The translations under genes and the position numbers were made by a program. Under the pieces are notes generated by a model. That model was not told where the DNA came from and made no database searches. It was given only the letters and a program-made list of their open reading frames with translations. Of a DNA stretch of 64,000 nt, positions 12,189-27,801 are shown in pieces. The first letter of the stretch is position 1. Every line of letters starts with the position of its first letter. The stretch is from Octopus vulgaris (lineage: Eukaryota), in contig OX597831.1 of the NCBI GenBank assembly GCA_951406725.2, positions 40,176,001-40,240,000 on the forward strand, read 5' to 3'.

Positions 12189-12714
12189 TTTGGGTGAATC
12201 AATAATACTGAACAGTATTTATTGCTGAGTCTGGAGGAATGGACAGAGCTTATGATCCTTAGAGACCGTCTGAGACCGTAAGAATGCGAGACTGTGATCT
12301 TACGATCGTGAGGTCAACGTTGTGTGCGTGCGCGCGCGTACGTGCGTTCGTGTGTGTGTGTGTGTGTGTGTGTTTTCTTCCAGTGCCAAAAAGTACTACC
12401 GTTAAAACAGGCCGAATGACTAGTCAGCCGTACCAAATGGTTAGCGTCCAAAAGGCTGCGCCCAACTGTCTCATTCGAAGGCAAAATATCTTCAGAGGTT
12501 ATATGCATACAGGTTGGTGTCTTCACTGGCAATACATCAACGAACAACATAACACTTACAGGGCATTCCTTTAAGTGTTAGCACGACATTTTACATAACG
12601 TTTCCCTTTTAATTTATGCAGGAATTTACAAGAGCTTTCCACATAAATTATGATAAGTATATTACTTAAAGTAAAAGCAAGGATTGTTTCGATTCCTAGG
12701 ACTCACAAAATTGG

Positions 12715-12935
12715 AGCTTTACTCGGTTTCCATGGCATATAAGTGAGCGAGATCACAGCATGTTCTGAACTGGACGCAGGTCAATCGCAGGGTTAGTCAT
12801 TTATTGTTGAGTGGACTGGGGCAATGTGAAATAACGCGTTTTGTCCAAGAACACAACGCAACGCCCTGTTCTGGAATCGAAACCACGATATTGTGATAGT
12901 GCGTACAACACCCTAACCACTAAGCTACGCGCTTT
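12715..12935 (-). mobile_element. SINE family E (tRNA-derived), diverged
   Basis: The minus strand begins GCGCGTAGCTTAGTGGTTAGGGTGTT...GGTTTCGATTCC (A and B boxes), then TTGTGTTCTTGGACAA...CCAGTCCACTCA; similar to 36125-36468. Confidence 0.75.
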
Positions 12936-13239
12936 CACATTACGTAAAGTGGAACCGCGTTAATGTAAGTGTGAGCGAACTAACACTAACGGACGTTTAT
13001 ATAATAAGGACATCCAACATAAATTAAGAAAATTAATGTTATATTACGAGTAAATTAAACGTAGATTAAGATTACACAAAATGTATAAATTAAATAAATT
13101 TAATAGAAAACATATTTCAAGTAAGGAGATACCATCTAGCTTACGAACCAATGAGGGAGTCTTATTGGCTCGTATGCTAGATGTTCACTGGCCTGCGATA
13201 ATTAGCAGGCAAATGTTTCTAAAAAATAATTACACCAAA

Positions 13240-13900
<661 letters not shown>

Positions 13901-14029
13901 ACACCATGTCTGGGAATAAGACGTGATGATCCGGGCCGGAATATATAGGATCAGTGGTTTAGAATATGAGATTGAACCTGGGTCTAAACACTATTTCTAC
14001 CTACCAACCGATCATCCATACATTCCTGG

Positions 14030-14265
14030 CTCTCCGTCGGTCTCGACGATGAGTTAATACGATCAAGCGAATAGCCTGCTCGTGAAGTTAACGTGCAAGT
14101 GGTTGAGCATTCCATAGACACTCACATCTTGAATGTAGTTCTCAGAGTGTGACAAGGTTGCCCATTTGAATTACAGGTACTATTCATTTGCATCAGCTGA
14201 ATAGATTAGTGCAACGTGAAATAAAGTGTCTTGCTCAAGGACAGAACGCGCCGCCGGGAATCGAA
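14030..14265 (-). mobile_element. SINE family E, 5'-truncated
   Basis: GCAACGTGAAATAAAGTGTCTTGCTCAAGGACA is shared with 36360-36395; RTE-like tail stem-loop at 14033-14052. Confidence 0.75.
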
Positions 14266-14439
14266 CTGAAATCGGTCCGATATGGTAATAATGGAATTTT
14301 TTAGAAATTTCTATCCACCTTTTTTCGAGTAGCGTGCGTATAGTTAATGGACAATATGTCCAATTTTTCGGCATATTTGGCATTAGAAATTTTTTCGTTT
14401 GCCCTTATTTATGAATACATACAAATATATATATATATA

Positions 14440-15382
14440 CTAGCAGCATAGCCCGGCGTTGCCCGGGTATGTAAGAGCCCCTAGTAGGCAACGACTAATC
14501 CCAATCTAGTCCTTTCCCTCTAGGGAAGAAAGGCGCATGTGTAGGTTGCAATGTCTTCTCTTCACTCGAATACTTCTGTGTATACGATGTTCGTAGCTGT
14601 CCCTTTGGGCGAAAACATGAAAACATCATTGCGATTCCCAATGCGTGAACAGCCCACGTAGAGTTGACCGTGGGCGAAGTACTGTTCGCCCAACTGTAAC
14701 CCAGCGACTTGTAGCGTTTGGCCTTGGGATTTATTGATGAACATTGCGAAGCAGAGTTTAACAGGAAACTGAGAACGCCTGAAGTGGATTGGTAGGTCAG
14801 CGCCCGACGGTTGAAGGTGCATGCGTGGAATGAAGACGTCCTCTCCCTTCCCACAAGCGGTAGGTATTGTGGCCGTTATTAAATGTGGTGGCAAATGTTT
14901 CACAACCAGACGTGTGCCGTTGTACTGTTTAGGTGGAACCAAATTCCTGATGAGCATAATGGGCGCACCGACTTTTAACTTCAGGATGTGTGGCGGCAGG
15001 CCTGGCGGTTCAAGTGAATTCAGGAATTCAACAGGATAATCGGCAAGCTCGGCGGGGTCTGCTGTCCTATCAATAGATTTGTAGACGTCGACATCACCAG
15101 GAATAGCTTCAAGTAGCTGGATATTGATGGAGTTGAGAGCTAAAAAGGTCGAGTCGCGTCCCCTAGACAGTCTGTGGTTTGTGTTTCTGATTCTCGACCC
15201 CATGTCGAATTTATCGATTTTTTTCAGAAATGGGGGAACTTTTCAAAGTTTTCCCTGCGTTAGTTTTGAATTATGACATTGGGCTATGTGTGTGTCAAGT
15301 TTCATCAGAATCAGTTGAAAGCCGTGGTCAGGGTGAGGGTACAACCTGACAGACACACAGATACACAGACAGACAAACTGCC

Positions 15383-15423
<41 letters not shown>
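14440..15423 (-). mobile_element. Non-autonomous Helitron carrying a helicase fragment
   Basis: Minus-strand 3' end CCCGGGCAACGCCGGGCTATGCTGCTAG|T (hairpin plus CTAG), 5' end TCTATATA..., inserted in (TA)n. Termini are shared with 31476-32009. Confidence 0.9.
14562..15145 (-). pseudogene. Helitron Pif1-family helicase C-terminal fragment (open frame of about 190 aa)
   Basis: EFLNSLEPPGLPPHILKLKVGAPIMLIRNL..NGTRL...RSQFPVKLCFAMFINKSQGQTL...FAHGQLYVGCSR...TNIVYTEVF are Pif1/Helitron helicase motifs IV-VI. The N-terminal half and the Rep domain are missing. Confidence 0.92.
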
Positions 15424-15457
<34 letters not shown>

Positions 15458-15714
15458 GAGAGAGAGGGAGGGAGAGAGAGAGGGAGGGAGAGAGTTAAAG
15501 AGAGATGGGGGAGAGAGATACATACATAGATATATATTATGTAAATAAAAGTAATTTTACATTAATCTGAGGAGTTACTCTATATCTTTGTCGAATACGA
15601 GTTTGTTCTTAACAAGATCATCGTTGACACTGACTTCCAAGTTTCGACCTGCTATACATTCATGTATAAATGTGTGTGTATAATATACGTACATACATAT
15701 ATATATTCTGCTAT

Positions 15715-15922
15715 TCTTTTCTTTGATTTGTTTCAATCATTTGACTGCGGCCATGCCGGAGCACCGCCTTTAGTCGAGCAAATCGACACTAGGACTTATT
15801 CTTTGTAAGCCTAGTACTTATTCTATCGGTCTCTCTTGCCGAACCGCTAAGTGACGGGGATGCAAACACACCAGCATTCGTTGTCAAGCGATGTTGGGGG
15901 GACAAACACAGACACCCAAACC

Positions 15923-15958
<36 letters not shown>

Positions 15959-16165
15959 CACACACACACACATATATGTATGTATATATATATATATATA
16001 TGACGGGCTTCCCCCAGTCTTCATCCACTATATCCACTCACAAGGCTTTGGTCGGCCCGAGGCAATAAAAAGACACTTGCCCAAGGTGCCACGCAGTAGG
16101 ACTGAACCCGGAAGCATGTGGTTGGTGTACAAGCTACTCACAACACAGCACAGCCACTCCTGCAC
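15715..16165 (-). mobile_element. SINE family A
   Basis: Full head-to-tail reverse-complement match to family A. Confidence 0.9.
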
Positions 16166-16411
16166 TCCTGAGTGTGTGTGAGAGGGAAAGATAGAGAGCG
16201 GCGGGGGTTGGGGGGGCTATTATATTTTATTGACACTGGGAGAATGAAAAATAAATATAAAAGGTGAGGTTGATATCGACCGGATTTGAACTCAGAACGA
16301 TGAAAAATCCGTAATAGATATATTTGCAAGATAATTATTCTGTCCTGCTATCTGACGATTCTTGCAACTCTTTACGTAATACAACTGAGATTTTGAGAAA
16401 ATACGGCAAAG

Positions 16412-16564
<153 letters not shown>

Positions 16565-18006
16565 GTGTAAATTACAGTAAGCTGAACAGAAATTAAAATG
16601 AAAATATATTGGGCAGAAACTGTTTACAAATTATGAGAAAAGTTCGTGTTATGTTCTAGTTAACTAAGCATGAAACCGAAAGAAACACTCCGTGAAATGA
16701 CATTACCAAGGAAATATATTAATGATTAATATATCAATAATTAATAAATTCATCAATTCTATTTAGGTTGATTTTCTGCTCATTTTGTTTTTGCTTCTTT
16801 TTGCTGTAAATTTTCATCTTTTCAAGGTTTTCACCTTGAATTATTAAATAATGAATAGCTTTTACGTTAATGATTATTGGACACGAATTTAAAAAAATAT
16901 ATATATATGTCCGAATGCACTGTTATATCTGCATGGTTTTGCTACCTTAAAACACATACACACACACACAATTAATTATTTTATTATTAGTTTTTACTAT
17001 TTTCTTGGTATGTCTTTGCGTCATTCACATTCACCGCAAGTTTGACATCTGAGCGTCATAATGTCCTTTCAAAGCTTACATATTTGACATTTGATTCCGT
17101 CATTGGACCACGGCCATGCGAGGCCACACTCTTGAAGGGTTTTAGTCGAGCAAATCACCCTCAATACATTTTTTTTCTCAAAGTCTGCTAGTTATTCTAT
17201 CGTTCTCATTCGCCGAACCACTACGTTATGGGGGCCGTAAGCAAACCAACTCTAGTTGTTAAACGATGTGTGTATGTGTGTGTGAGAGAGAGAGAGAGAG
17301 AGGGGGAAATAAATATAGAGACACAGACACACGCAAAATCATATCAGAAACATATTATACGGGAAGAGTAGTGATAGTGACTTCGAAGTTTCAGCCGACT
17401 GGCCTCCATGGTAGTGTGTAAAAATATAATAAATATGTTGTACTAACAAAAAGTTCAAGTAGTCCTCAGTTTAATAAAAAAAATGTTTTTATCAAAATTC
17501 GACATAAACACACACATACATACATACACGCACGCATGCATACGCATACACACACACATGCATACACACACACACGCATACACACACATACACACACACG
17601 CACACGGATACACACACGCGCGCATACACACATACACACACACAGTCACACACGCATACACACACACACACACACATTACAAACGATGGATAGGTGTCAA
17701 CTCATAACAGCCGTTTCCAACGAATTTTAAAATTAATTAATAAAGGCATTATATCATTATAAAACACCATTTTCTTCAGATGAATACACGAACTATACAA
17801 TTAAGGACATTAAAAAAAAATTATAAATCCACGGTTTGTGCATATTTAGTGACTCCACGATCAACGCTGGATGCAGAATTAAGTGCGTATTTAACCTGAA
17901 CATCTTTCTGCCAGTACATTGATACCAATGTTTGTATTCGTCTATAATTGCTGTGTATGCATTTCAATTCCGACCCGACCCGATGCCTTACCATATGCCA
18001 AATGCC

Positions 18007-18070
<64 letters not shown>

Positions 18071-18089
18071 ATATGTATGTGCATATGTA

Positions 18090-18126
<37 letters not shown>

Positions 18127-18152
18127 GTATATGTATGTGTATATATATATAT

Positions 18153-18520
18153 GGCCGCAGGCGTGGCAGGGTGGTAAAAAGCTTGCCTCCCAACAACATG
18201 GTTCCACGTTCAGTCCCACTGCGTCGCCTCTTGGGTAAGCCTTGGGCCGACCAAAACCTTGTGAGTGGGTTTGGTAGACGGAAACTGAAAGAAGCCTGTC
18301 GTATATATGTATATATATATATATATGTATGCGTGTGTTTGTCCCCCTAGCATTGCTTGACAACCGATGCTGGTGTGTTTACGTCCCCGTCACTTAGCGG
18401 TTCGGCAAAAGAATAAGTACTGGGCTTACAAAGAATAAGTCCCGGGGTCGATTTGCTCGACTAAAGGCGGTGCTCCAGCATGGCTGCAGTCAAAGGACTG
18501 AAACAAGTAAAAGAGAGAGA
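18153..18520 (+). mobile_element. SINE family A
   Basis: Head, core and CAGCATGGCTGCAGTCAAAGGACTGAAACAAGTAAAAGAG tail. Confidence 0.88.
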
Positions 18521-18929
18521 AAAAAAAAGAGTACAACATGATTAGTTTCTTGAAATGACCGACACGTGTTTCTGTTGCACAATGTATGTGTAGTTTGCGT
18601 ATGGAATATGTATGTATGTATAATACGGCGGGCTTCCACATTTTCCGTGGCCAGCTGTGGTCAAAGTGCCGTGCAGTGGGACTGAACCCAAAATTATGTA
18701 GCTCCCACGCGACCGTTCCAGTGCCTAATTTGAGTGAAGAGAGAATGACCAAAATCAGGAATTCATGATGCAGACGAAGGACTTTAAAAATAATAGAATA
18801 GCCGCAACTTTCTTACATGACATGTACACAAATACTGATATGTGTGTGTGTGTGTATGTGTGTGCGTGCGGTGGGTGTCCTTGTGTGATTGTGTGTGTGT
18901 ATACATATACATTTATATCTATCTATCTA

Positions 18930-18983
<54 letters not shown>

Positions 18984-19052
18984 TTGATAGATATACACAT
19001 ATATATATATTATATATACGTGCAAATATAATTGTATATATATATCTATATC

Positions 19053-19107
<55 letters not shown>

Positions 19108-19334
19108 GTATGTATATACATGTATATATCCATGTAAATATACATATATGTATATACGTGTATGTATGTATATATGCACATATATATATGTTTATATGCG
19201 CGTGTATATATGTATATATATCTATATATACATATATGTGTGTGTATATATATATACACACACATATACATGCATACCTATATATGTACACGTATGCATG
19301 CATGTATATATATCTACCTATCTATATCTATCAT

Positions 19335-19450
<116 letters not shown>

Positions 19451-20647
19451 CACGCACACAAAGACATGGCCTCTTTTCCACTGACTTTTAAATGTGCCCA
19501 TTTACATTATTAGCTTGACAACTGGACAACTGGCAGGTCCTCCATAAATAACTTCTCAAAGTTACAACACCAATGATTATTGGAAAGGAATTTCAAGGTA
19601 TATTATCTCAATACAAAATCTACAAGCTTCTATGTTAAAAGTCAAGTCCACACGTACTTATAATCTACTTTTCTCTGACCTTTTATGCGTTGTTCGCATT
19701 AGCTTGACAGCTGACTGCCATTCACAGTATCGAAGTAACAAGAGCAATACTGCGCTCTGCTAGGTTGTCAAAGGTTTCACTTTCACTTTCGCTTTACTAT
19801 ACTTGCATGGATTAGACGGAATTTGTTAAGGCAGATTTTCATCGGCCGAGTGTCCTTCCTGTCCCCAACTCTCGTCGCCAGGAGTGGCCTTCCTGTTGCC
19901 AAATGTTTTCAAGCAAAGTTATATTTTCAAGCGAAGCAATGAAACATTAGCTGCATGAAGACTGCATTATCATTTTCTTAACTTTTCTACCGTGTAAATC
20001 CCCGGATTTGTTTTGTTCCTTTTATCGAATAGTTAGACTTTAAAAACAGAGTTGTCATGGCCCTTTATTCGTATTCAGGGCCTCCAAGATTGGTGGGTAA
20101 AAAAGAAGTAAGTTATTGTCCAAGCACAGGTATGAACCGAATACAAGCAAAGGCACTCAAGAACGAAGCAGTATTTTGCAGATTAAAGCGAGCGACGGAT
20201 TAAATCTAACATATAATTTGTTGCCAGCGTTGTTAAGGTTGTAGCCATCACTAGAATCACTATCATTGATCGTCGTCTGTAATGGTGTATACTAAGTATT
20301 TATACACCATTATAAGGCATGAAGCTGTGGGGTTGTCTGAGATAAAAAAAAAACTTTATTAGACTTGTCTTGAAAACACAATTTATATCAGAACGAGACG
20401 AATATCGTCCCTACAGCGACTCCCGAGAACGACAAATACGTTTCGCCCTTTTTGAAGCTTGTCAGTACTGTACACCAGATTGTTACCCGCTTAAACCTGA
20501 ATTTGTGACTTGAGATACATACATACACACACACACACAAATACATACATACACGCATACATACATGCATACATAAAGACATTGATAATATATATATATA
20601 TATATATATTTAAAATATTTATTACAATATAATATAGTATAATATAT

Positions 20648-20722
<75 letters not shown>

Positions 20723-20779
20723 TATATATGTATGTTACACAAACACACATATATATAGCATACATATATATTTATACAT

Positions 20780-21210
20780 ACCAAGATACATGTCAACCTT
20801 GACAGGGGTTGATAAAAATGTCTCAATCCAAAGCGGTGAATTCGCGAAACTGAAAATTCCGTGAGATGTCTTTGAAAGAAAAATAACAAAGCTAAAGCGA
20901 AGCTATTGGAACCAATGCAGCAAAAGAATACTGGTGGCACCAAAAGAATAAAGACAGCAGTCAGAGTAAAGCACAATTGACCTGATATTGGTATTGTGGA
21001 TATCAGCTGCCAGCTTGACACCATATGGTGAGGAAGATACAGGAGAAAGAAGACATCTATGGATCATGGTTGAGGATCATTGCAAATCCAGTTTGCAGCC
21101 TTAGGCCTATTACTATTGGAACAAGTTAGATATCAAGTTGCCTGGACCAAAGCATGGTTGAAATTGAAAAAAATTATCATGGGCCTGAGTTCCAAACACA
21201 CTGCAATGTC
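20780..21210 (+). mobile_element. Highly degenerate R4-like RLE-domain remnant
   Basis: EYWWH...VRVKHN*PDI..IVDISCQLD resembles EYWW..PV...KHNRPDI...VVEISCP of the 30300-30998 ORF. Confidence 0.5.
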
Positions 21211-21217
21211 TAGTGCT

Positions 21218-21448
21218 TATTTCTTTACTACCCACAAGGGGCTAAACATAGAGGGGACAAAAAAGGACAGACAAAGGGATTACGTCGGTTACATCGACCC
21301 CAGTGCGCAACTGGTACTTAATTTATCGACCCCGAAAGGAGGAACGGTCAAGTCGACCTCGGCGGAATTTGAACTCAGAACGTAACGACAGACGAAATAC
21401 CGCTAAGCACTTCGCCCAGCGTGCTAACGGTTCTGCCAGCTCGGCGCC
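21218..21448 (-). mobile_element. SINE family B monomer
   Basis: Complete head and body on the minus strand. Confidence 0.88.
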
Positions 21449-21984
21449 TTTTTGCAGCGAGTGACCTTTATGCCTCATTGTTATGCTTGTTGCTGCGTAG
21501 TAACCTTCATGCCCCATTGATCTGAAGAGCTTTTCAAGTGGAGCGGAAGCTTCTCGTAGCTCTTCACATGCTGGACAGGTCAAAGGATAGAAACCAGAGT
21601 AATGTGGACCACCTCTTCCCAGAGGTAAAAACGGGTTTGCGTAGGGCCTACATCTCTATATCAAAAAAGGCAAAGCTACAGAAACATTAACGACAAACTT
21701 CAAAACCAACAAGACTTGGAAGGGGAAGGCCTTTAATTGGGGAAACTCCACAAAGAAAGCGGGAAAGCAGATAGTCTAGAAAGGTAGCCGGAGGTGGGAT
21801 ATTGATGCAGAGCCGGAAAAAGAAGGCATCCAACTTGAATGAAGAAAAGACAGACAGGTTAGAGTCGAGAATAGTGGAAAAAAGTCGTTGATGGTCTTGG
21901 TTTCATAGGAACCAAAAGGTAAGTAAAGTAAGAGACCTTTAAGTAAGTAAAGTAAGAATTTCAAAGTGTTCTTCCATTTTTAAG

Positions 21985-22260
21985 ACTTTACGGTGGGCTT
22001 CCAACCCAGGTTCCGCTGCTCGTTAAGCCGACAAGGGAAAACTGTCAAAGTATTGCTGGAACTGTGGCAGTGGAGATCTCTGGTGTTCTCTGCCCCCGGA
22101 CCACATCCCTGCTCACGGCTATTCGCAAGTGCGAACCCCGTGAATTAGAGTGGCTGTTATAGTGCATCTCCCTCGCCATCCTCCGCGGCAACGCCTTTTC
22201 CATTTTGTCGTCTCCTGGGACCACGGGGCGGATCGACAAGCCTTTCTTAAATATTACTTT
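21985..22260 (+). mobile_element. 3' fragment of a CRE-like non-LTR retrotransposon
   Basis: Reads AAR*ADKGKLSKY..VAVEISGVLCPRTTSLLTAI..RELEWLL*CISLAILRGNAFSILS, matching the CRE-clade C-terminal pattern (K..KY / AVET.G / QR.S.AI.RGNA.SIL). Confidence 0.65.
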
Positions 22261-22464
22261 GTTACTTATTGTCATATTCTTTATTTACCAAAAGATACCT
22301 TTATTCAACAGATCTTATTCTACATAGAATTTTAAGTCGTCTGGAATAATAACAGCCTGCAAGGATTTCCTTAAATTTTCAAAGATGAATGGCGGCATAA
22401 AGAAGAACAAAAGAAACAGGAATCGCCATTTATTTATTTATTTATTTATTTACTTATTTTCTCT

Positions 22465-22680
22465 TTCTCTCTTTTCTCTTTTACTTGTTTCAGTCATTTG
22501 ACTGCGGCCATGCTGGAGCACCGCCTTTAGTCGAGCAAATCGACCCCGGGACTTATTCTTTTTGTAAGCCCAGTACTTATTCTATCGGTCTCTTTTTTGC
22601 CGAACCGCTAAGTGACGGGGACGTAAACACACCAGCATCGGCTGTCAAGCAATGCTAGGGGGACAAACACAGACACACAA

Positions 22681-22713
<33 letters not shown>

Positions 22714-22886
22714 CATATATACGACAGGCTTCTTTCAGTTTCCGTCTACCAAATCCACTCACAAGGCATTGGTCAGCCCGGGGCTATAGCAGAAGACACT
22801 TGCCTAGGATGCCACGCAGTGGGACTGAACCCGGAACTATGTGGTTGGTTAGCAAGCTACTTACCACACAGCCACTCCTGCGCCTA
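22465..22886 (-). mobile_element. SINE family A, full length, young-looking
   Basis: Minus strand from GGCGCAGGAGTGGCTGTGTGGTAAG to (AAAAGAG)n; flanked on both sides by (ATTT)n. Confidence 0.92.
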
Positions 22887-23109
22887 TTTATTTATTTATT
22901 TATTTATTTTATTTACTGTTTTTTTCATTTATTTCATATTGGATAGATTTCTTTTGCAAACTTGTTACCAAGTAGGTGGTCAGTCAGAATAAACCCTCAA
23001 ATTCCAGTCCAGAACAAAATCTCACTCTTCTTCCGTTCTCTTTCTTTTCATCTTCGCATCATCATTATCATCATCATCATCATCTATGTACGTTTGAAGT
23101 GGACGCATC

Positions 23110-23660
<551 letters not shown>

Positions 23661-23776
23661 TATATATCCACATACGTATCTCACTATCCTTTCAATATAT
23701 CTACGTTACCACACTACCACCACCACCACCACCAACACACCTCTCCCCCCTTCTCTCTCTCCCCCACTCTCTCCCA

Positions 23777-23818
<42 letters not shown>

Positions 23819-23983
23819 ATTATTACCCTGTTACACCCCATCTAGAACACAAAAACCACGCCGGAGGAGATATTCTACATTCCACTAATTTGCCTATTCT
23901 TTGCCAACTGATTGCACACCAGGAACAATTTTCAAAAACATTGCTTATAATTTGGTACACATACAGAAAGGCACCAACACACA

Positions 23984-24039
<56 letters not shown>

Positions 24040-24134
24040 TTGTTTATGTATGTATGTATGTATTATATGGACATGTAATAAACATATAAATAAGCGAATG
24101 TTTAGACGTGTGTTTAAAAATCTGCATCGCCATA

Positions 24135-24480
24135 TGTATGCATGTTTGCATGTATGTAGGGTTGAATGTATGTTTGTATGCAGTATGAATGTACGTACGT
24201 ACTTATGTGTGTATGTATGCATGCATGTATGTATGTATGTATGTATGTATGTATGTATGTATGTATGTATATATGTATGTATGTATGTATGCATGTTTGC
24301 ATGTATGTAGGGTTGAATGTATGTTTGTATGCAGCATGAATGTACGTACGTACTTATGTATGTATGTATGCATGCATGTATGTATGTATGTATGTATGTA
24401 TGTATGTATGTATGTATGTAGGTATGTATGTATGTAGGTATGTATGTAGGTATGTATGTATGTATTTATGTATATATATA
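24135..24480. repeat. (TATG)n block with a duplicated ~75-bp unit
   Basis: GCATGTTTGCATGTATGTAGGGTTGAATGTATGTTTGTATGCAG occurs at about 24140 and 24291. Confidence 0.85.
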
Positions 24481-24576
24481 TGTATGTATGAAGGCAATGA
24501 TATATATATTCATATAAATATATATATACATATGTGTGTGTGTGTTTGAGTGTGTGGGTGTGAGTGTATGTGTGTG

Positions 24577-24610
<34 letters not shown>

Positions 24611-24760
24611 CGTATATAAATGCATATATAAATGCATATATTCATACATATATATATTCATACGCACAGACGCTCCCTCTTTTTCTCACACATTCACACA
24701 TATATAGACATAAAATAATGTACGTATCTATATATACATGTATGTATATGCATATATATA

Positions 24761-24922
24761 GGCACAGGAATGGCTGTGTGGTAAGTACCTTGCTTACCAA
24801 CCACATGGTTCCGAGTTCAGTCCCACTGCGTGGCACCTTGGGCAAGTGTCTTCTACTAAGCCCTCGGGCCGACCAAAGTCTTGTAAGTGGATTTGGTAGA
24901 GGAAACTGAAAGAAGCCCGTCG

Positions 24923-24989
<67 letters not shown>

Positions 24990-25170
24990 ATATGCATGTA
25001 TGTCTGTGTTTGTGCCCCCACCACCATCGCTGTTGGTGTGTTTACATCCCCGTAGCCTAGCGGTTCGGCAAAAGAGACCGATGTAATAAGTTCTAGGCTT
25101 ACAAAAAATACGTCCTGGGGTTAGTTTGTTCGACATGGCCAGTCAAATGACTGAAACAAATAAAAAAATA
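24761..25170 (+). mobile_element. SINE family A
   Basis: GGCACAGGAATGGCTGTGTGGTAAG head through to the AGTCAAATGACTGAAACAA tail. Confidence 0.9.
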
Positions 25171-25584
25171 TATATATAAATTCATGCACATGTGTAGTTT
25201 ATACACATATACATACATGTTTGTAAATACATATACATATATCCACATCATAACATATACATAGGCACACACACGCACACAGACACCCCCCCCTCACAAT
25301 CTTTCTCTCTTTCTATCCCTCTCTCACTCTCACATAGACTTAAATAATGTACGTATACAGGTATGCACGTATTTATGTGTGTGATGTGTGTGTGTGTGTA
25401 TATTCACACATACATGTTTGTACATATGGATTTTATACAATGCGCATATATATGTATACATACATATATATATATACATATACATACACATACATACACA
25501 TACATACATGTTTATGTTTAGGAACATTTATAAATACATATAGACCTAGACATCAAACACACGCACATCCTCTCCTTCTTTCTT

Positions 25585-25622
<38 letters not shown>

Positions 25623-25991
25623 CCAAACTCACACACACACACATACGCACACATACACACACATACACACACACACACAAACACAAACACACATCAACAT
25701 AAAATAACATGTGATGAAGACTAGCAGAAGAAATAATTGTAGACGTACTTTGTTTGGTTCAACACGCAAGCAGGAGAAGTTCAATTTCCAAGATATTTCA
25801 ACTTAATATTTATACCTTGTCGTTGAGGATATTCGCTGTTTGGCTTGGATACTTCCCAGTTAATCTGAAATATCTTTTATTTACTTTCCAGCTGAAGATG
25901 GTTTCCCTGGTGTTTTATTCTTATTTAGATGCATCCAGAAACAAAACTGCGCCCTTGTATAATGTATATTTGTTTTCATATAAACATCATA

Positions 25992-26083
<92 letters not shown>

Positions 26084-26749
26084 TTTATTTTGCTCTTGCA
26101 CCCAGATATACCTATGTTTTAGTGCAAAATGGAGACGAACACTAATTTTTTTATGTGATCGGCTTGAAGAATTGTTAAGATATTTTCTTAACATGAAACC
26201 AAGGGTAGCCTTAATATACAAATAAAGAATCGTTATCCACCAATGGGGTTTTGAGCACTCGTTCTCATTGTTCGACATTTACGTACACACAGACAAAAAC
26301 ACACACAACACACAGATACACACACACACATGCACGCATGCGCACGCACACATACACACTCACACACATATATTATACACACACATATGAGCGTTTGAGT
26401 GTCTGTAAGCGTGTTTGTGTGTGTATATGTGCATGTGAGTATTTCTTTGTCTGTACCATCGCTTAACAACCGTTGTTGTTTTGTTTACTTCCTTCTAATT
26501 TAACGGTTCGAGAAGTACTCGATAGAATAGGCACCAGACTAAGTTTTTCAAGATGGTGTGCCAGCAAACGGATTGCTGAAAAATACACACGCGTGTGCAC
26601 ACGCGCACGCACACACACACACATACATGCTTGCGTGTACGTATACATAATTTCACACATTCTTGTATTTCGAAAGACTTACAGATACAAAACGTAGCAC
26701 TCAATACTCTACAGAATAGTAAATGTCAATTTTTTATGTTACCGAACCA

Positions 26750-27180
26750 GACTTTATTCTGTAAATAAGCGACCTTATAAAGATCCTACAAACTTCCTGG
26801 AGGAGCTGGCACCAAATTTTGGTATCGAGGGCTATACCATCTCCCGAACTGGACGTCACTGCGCTGTTCCAAAGGTCCCAGCTGTGATCTGTGATGTCTA
26901 TAGTGAGGACCATGTACTGCATTAGCTTGGAATTCAAGGGCTTATAGCTATTTAACGCCGTGCCTAAAATTTTGAGGGACCTTCATCGAGTAGGGGTAGA
27001 TGTTTTCAAGAAACAACTCGACCTTCTGTTATCCAAGGTCCGAGATGAGCCTATATCACGGCAGGGAAACTCAAAAGCGGGCAACGACATAAGATTGGCC
27101 ACTGAAAAGGTGATTACACTGGCGGTGCTCCAGGATGGCCACGGTCTTAAGACTAAAACGTGTAACTAAATAAAATAATA
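26750..27180 (+). mobile_element. CR1-group LINE 3' fragment (diverged; partner of SINE A)
   Basis: Reads YCISLEFKGL*LFNAVPKILRDLHRVGVDVFKKQLDLLLSKVRDEP, homologous to 52502-52728, and ends GGCGGTGCTCCAGGATGGCCACGG. Confidence 0.7.
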
Positions 27181-27219
27181 CATGCATATCTACCCATAGA
27201 TTTATACATATACTTACAT

Positions 27220-27258
<39 letters not shown>

Positions 27259-27503
27259 TATATATATATTTATATACATACTATCATACATGCATATATG
27301 CATACCTATATGCTTATATAAACATAAACACCACACATATATATATATTTGCTATTACATATGTTTGTAATTAAATATAGCTACTCAAATACAATCATTT
27401 TTTCCTACATACATGCATACAAACATACATACATACATAAGTATACATGCATGCGTACATATACGCGTATGTGCATACGAGTGTTTCTGTGTAAATGTAC
27501 ATA

Positions 27504-27584
<81 letters not shown>

Positions 27585-27770
27585 CGTGAGAAGAATGTTG
27601 AAACATTTCCAGTCAATAACGTAAACAATATTACCTCCATAATCGATATCCATTAGTAAAAAGTAAAAAGAAACAATAAAAACGATAATAAACAGAAGAA
27701 TTCAATAATAGTGAATAATTGAAAGAAATTATTTGTATCGTAGTTTGGGAAGGAAAGTAGAGAGAGAGGA

Positions 27771-27801
<31 letters not shown>

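Noticed and set aside
20415-20470. Minus-strand CTGACAA-stem-GAAA motif (similar weak remnants near 660-700, 46915-46945 and 49820-49860)
   Set aside because: Core changes plus no supportable helix I or III; possibly decayed ribozymes but not demonstrable by eye.
21512-21560. CTGAAGA-stem-GGAA hammerhead-like motif
   Set aside because: The GAAA box is altered and there is no helix I. The region looks more like a decayed LINE 5' UTR, which I could not assign firmly.
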